Of a stretch of 64,000 nucleotides of DNA, positions 60,886 to 64,000 are shown one piece after another. Below the pieces are notes generated by a model that saw only the letters and a program-made list of their open reading frames with translations, was not told where the DNA came from and ran no database searches. Within the stretch, counting starts at the first letter, position 1; every line of letters begins with the position of its first letter. A program made the translations under genes and the position numbers. Source of the DNA: Convolutriloba macropyga (Eukaryota); NCBI RefSeq assembly GCF_964194025.1, contig NC_134472.1, positions 32,302,001-32,366,000 of the forward strand. The letters are read 5' to 3'.

Positions 60886-62589
60886 TCAATTGTTGTTTTC
60901 ATTCATCTGGCCTATCGTCAAAAGAGCCAGGGAATCAATTTCTGTTGTCAGACCTTCAGAAGACAGCCAGTGTTTGAACTGGTTCATGACTAGTTCACTC
61001 ACTACAGCCCTTTGCTCTTCTGATCGGATGGATTCAAACACACCTCTCCAATTATTCAAATTAGCCTGCCGTGTAGACCAACTTTTAGCATAGTCCGAGG
61101 GCAGGAATTTGAGAATGTTCTCTGCCGATGAGTTTTCATTTCCGATTCCCTGCAGTTCTGTGAATGCAAAGGGAATGGCGAAAAGATTAAAATTCTCTGC
61201 TTTCAAAATGTTCCAAGACTGTTTTTGTTCTGGCACTGGACAGTAAATGATGTTCCACATATTTACAGCCAGAGAAAGTCCAGCCCTTGTCAAGTGATGA
61301 GTGAAAGACGCGTACCATGAATTGAACGGGGCAAAGGTTAGATTCTCATTTTCGTACAGAAGTAAAGGGTTGCTATTAGTGAGAATATGAAAGGTCGAAT
61401 TCTCGGTTTTCTGCACTGATAATTTTCCACAGGCTGCAATAATGCGCATATTTTTGCACTCAGTAACTGATAAAATTGTGGAGACGGCTCCAACGACAAC
61501 AGTTGTGTTCTTACACCTTAACAGGTGAACGCTTTTGACACAATCTAGTAAGTAGATAAAAGAGTTAGTGCATCTAAACAGTTTGATACAATTGTCCTGT
61601 AATAGAAGACCTGTTTTAGCCAATGTTTGTTTCGTAATGTACGCAAACATCACAGAACGTGGCAAATAGTTACCAGTCGAAACAATAATTTTGGAACGGA
61701 TCGTTCCGGATGTGCCAGAAGCGCTCGAATCTACGGGAATTCCTGGAATTGGGCATGGAATTTTAAGTCCAGAGGACAAGGATACTTGCATACCATAAGG
61801 ATTTACAACCAGCGTACCACATAACCATTGGTTGAACTGACTAACTGTGAAGGTATTCGAATCCCGGTTGTATCCGGAGCTCAGAGCTCGAATAGCTAAC
61901 TCTCCTACGGGTTCTATGGCACCGTGATGACGACCTTCAAAAAGGAAGTCCAAACCAGATAACGCCTTCATGCTCAGATATCCAGAAGTATGAGAGGCTA
62001 AGACATCCAGAAGAGAGCCCAATTTCTCTATGAAGAATAGAACAATAGACTGCTCGTCCGCTACTTTTCTGGAAGCCACTGAAGTGTCACCCCAACTGGC
62101 GCTCAAATCGTGACTAGAATTTCCTCCAGGCCACTCGTTAGTGGTTGAACTGTAGCTACTTTTCAAAGACAGTTTGTGAAACTGTTGGAAGAATAGAAAA
62201 CACATGAATGCGTAAATGTCAACTTTTCTCATTTCCCCTTCAAGTCCTGCTGTTATCTGGTTGAAATGCGTCATTTTGTCCGGACTAGTTAGGGATCCTA
62301 ATTGCGCTACTGCTTGCAGCCTTTCCGCAGGAGATGACGTTAAAATTAGAAAGTATTCGAAGTAAAAATTGCCAATTTCTTCATTCATTTGCAGCTTGTT
62401 TACACAAATATGTCTCCACATCTTTTGAGATACTTTACCAATGTTTCGTTTAGATTTCTCTTTCACGTAAGGCAAGATTTTTTTCAAAAAGAAGGGAGAT
62501 AGCTTGGCATGAGGTGATAGTTGGAATGCTGTTTCTGTGATTACGAAAGTACGCGGCCATATTTTGACTGAATTGTCAGTCGAACCCAT
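60886..62589 (-). CDS. TBCCD1: TBCC domain-containing protein 1
   Basis: FLFFQQF N-terminal block; C-CAP/TBCC beta-helix CTNSFIYLL...VVVGAV...IIAAC...PLL...FAPFN. Confidence 0.88.
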   Translation of the reverse strand: MGSTDNSVKIWPRTFVITETAFQLSPHAKLSPFFLKKILPYVKEKSKRNIGKVSQKMWRHICVNKLQMNEEIGNFYFEYFLILTSSPAERLQAVAQLGSLTSPDKMTHFNQITAGLEGEMRKVDIYAFMCFLFFQQFHKLSLKSSYSSTTNEWPGGNSSHDLSASWGDTSVASRKVADEQSIVLFFIEKLGSLLDVLASHTSGYLSMKALSGLDFLFEGRHHGAIEPVGELAIRALSSGYNRDSNTFTVSQFNQWLCGTLVVNPYGMQVSLSSGLKIPCPIPGIPVDSSASGTSGTIRSKIIVSTGNYLPRSVMFAYITKQTLAKTGLLLQDNCIKLFRCTNSFIYLLDCVKSVHLLRCKNTTVVVGAVSTILSVTECKNMRIIAACGKLSVQKTENSTFHILTNSNPLLLYENENLTFAPFNSWYASFTHHLTRAGLSLAVNMWNIIYCPVPEQKQSWNILKAENFNLFAIPFAFTELQGIGNENSSAENILKFLPSDYAKSWSTRQANLNNWRGVFESIRSEEQRAVVSELVMNQFKHWLSSEGLTTEIDSLALLTIGQMNENNN

Positions 62590-62863
62590 TGCTTGTAATG
62601 CAAAAAACCTGAAAGATAGAAAACCGAACCTTCACACTGAAGCAAAACGTCACACTGTGTTATGATTTTTGAATAGAGACTAAATTTGGCACTGTCAAGG
62701 AAATTGACTAAATCCAAATTAAAATTTTCAAATTTTTTCGAACTTTAAAAGATTTAAAGCGAGAAACGTAGCAAAGCAGAGAGTGTACAAACAACTCAAG
62801 CACATCAATTCAGGAAAAACTAAAATAATTCAGTTCAAGGTCATCCCTCGAGGAAAACTTCAA

Positions 62864-63168
62864 TTATTTTGAGGTGATTTCCTTCGGGCTGTTAATTATC
62901 TTTTCAAGAACATATGCTGAACTGGGTTCAATTCTCTTATAGTATCCATCCACTGTATTGGTGACTTCAAAACCATGTTTCTTGTAAAACTCCATCGCGC
63001 TGTCATTGCCAAGTTGCACATGTAAGTAAACCGCCTCTACATCTGAGAATTTTTCGCACAGTTTGAATACGTGCTCCAGCATTACAGTTCCCACTCCTAG
63101 TCTGCGATACTTGGGAAGACAGCCGAGAGTCATAATGTAAAGTTTCTTCTGGTTCTTGTCTCTGAAGC
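62864..63168 (-). CDS. NAA50: N-alpha-acetyltransferase 50 (NatE), last coding exon; upstream exons not located in the window
   Basis: LYIMTLGCLPKYRRLGVG, YLHVQ, FYKKHGF, YYKRIEP; acceptor tattatag| at 63169. Confidence 0.93.
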
Positions 63169-64000
63169 CTATAATATAAGTGATGAGTAAATATAGAACT
63201 AACAAAAGTTGAAAGAAAACGGTTTAAAACATTTATGTACTGTTGCAATCTATATGGCATATTTTTCTCTTTTTCGACCGCTCTAAAACCTTGTTAATAT
63301 TGGACCAAATTCTTTTCTGCTAAAGAAAATTTGTTTTCGACAGATTTTGAAAACAATCAATTCATTTCAATTCATGAAAGAGTCATTCCAATTGAGAGCA
63401 ATTAAAGGAGCTACAAGATTTTCTTTAACAAAGCACGTAAAACCAAATAACAGATACAGCCAAAATTATCACAGAGACAAAATGGTATCAGCTGGCCACT
63501 TCAAACTCGATTTCAGCGTACTTTTGCATTGATTTGACTATTACAATTGAATGAAAGAGCATTTTAGATCGCGCAAAAATCAAACATTCAAGCGTGATAA
63601 AACTCCTGAAAAAGTCAAACACACAAGCAAAAAATTAGCATAAACTTGGTTCGGGAACAATTAATAACCGAAAAAGAATCAACGAAAATCTATTTCAAAA
63701 TAATTTTACTAGAAAGAACGCCTCCAAATAATCGTTTCAATTTAAACGGTTCGCTGTATCATACCGAATGTCAGATAATTATCTCATGTCTTCAAAGTAA
63801 AAATTCATGACGATGCGCATGAAGAACAGTTATCTCACTGGAGTGCGCAGAATTTGTTCAGGTTCGATAGCTGCTTTTAGAATCAATTGCTTGAATCAAT
63901 TGCATGAGCAGGCCATCCTCAACTGCTCTTCGGTTAGAAGCATTAAGAAGCCGCACCTACTGATCAACTCTACAGATTTGATTGGAAAGACATTACTCTC

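Overview
AT-rich, repeat-dense eukaryotic (metazoan, probably invertebrate; standard genetic code) DNA with one 200-N gap. The main feature is a complete 14.9-kb Polinton/Maverick endogenous dsDNA virus (11564-26482). It has ~224-bp TIRs starting AGTAGTAGTAG and a 6-bp TSD CGACCC. It encodes a protein-primed DNA polymerase B with N-terminal C2H2 fingers, an OTU-like protease motif and a Vsr-like insertion. It also encodes an adenain-like protease, major and minor capsid proteins, a basic core-like protein, an integrase, a packaging ATPase, a 2-TM protein, a PLA2-like protein and a tandem PC4-like protein. This copy carries 2 nonsense and about 4 frameshift lesions. It inserted into the terminus of another (TGT...ACA) transposon, inside a 17.3-kb intron of an Arf-like gene that lacks the G3/switch II motif. 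The window also holds an apparently full-length CR1/L2-group LINE (SGNH-esterase ORF1; ORF2 starting with a hydrophobic leader and a 2A StopGo peptide), several Helentron-like non-autonomous elements (two with a tRNA-like Pol III cassette), MITEs and microsatellites. Host genes, all on the minus strand, are a class II CPD photolyase with a C-terminal PIP box, ATAD2, TBCCD1 and the last exon of NAA50. All assignments come from motif recognition by eye; no searches were run.
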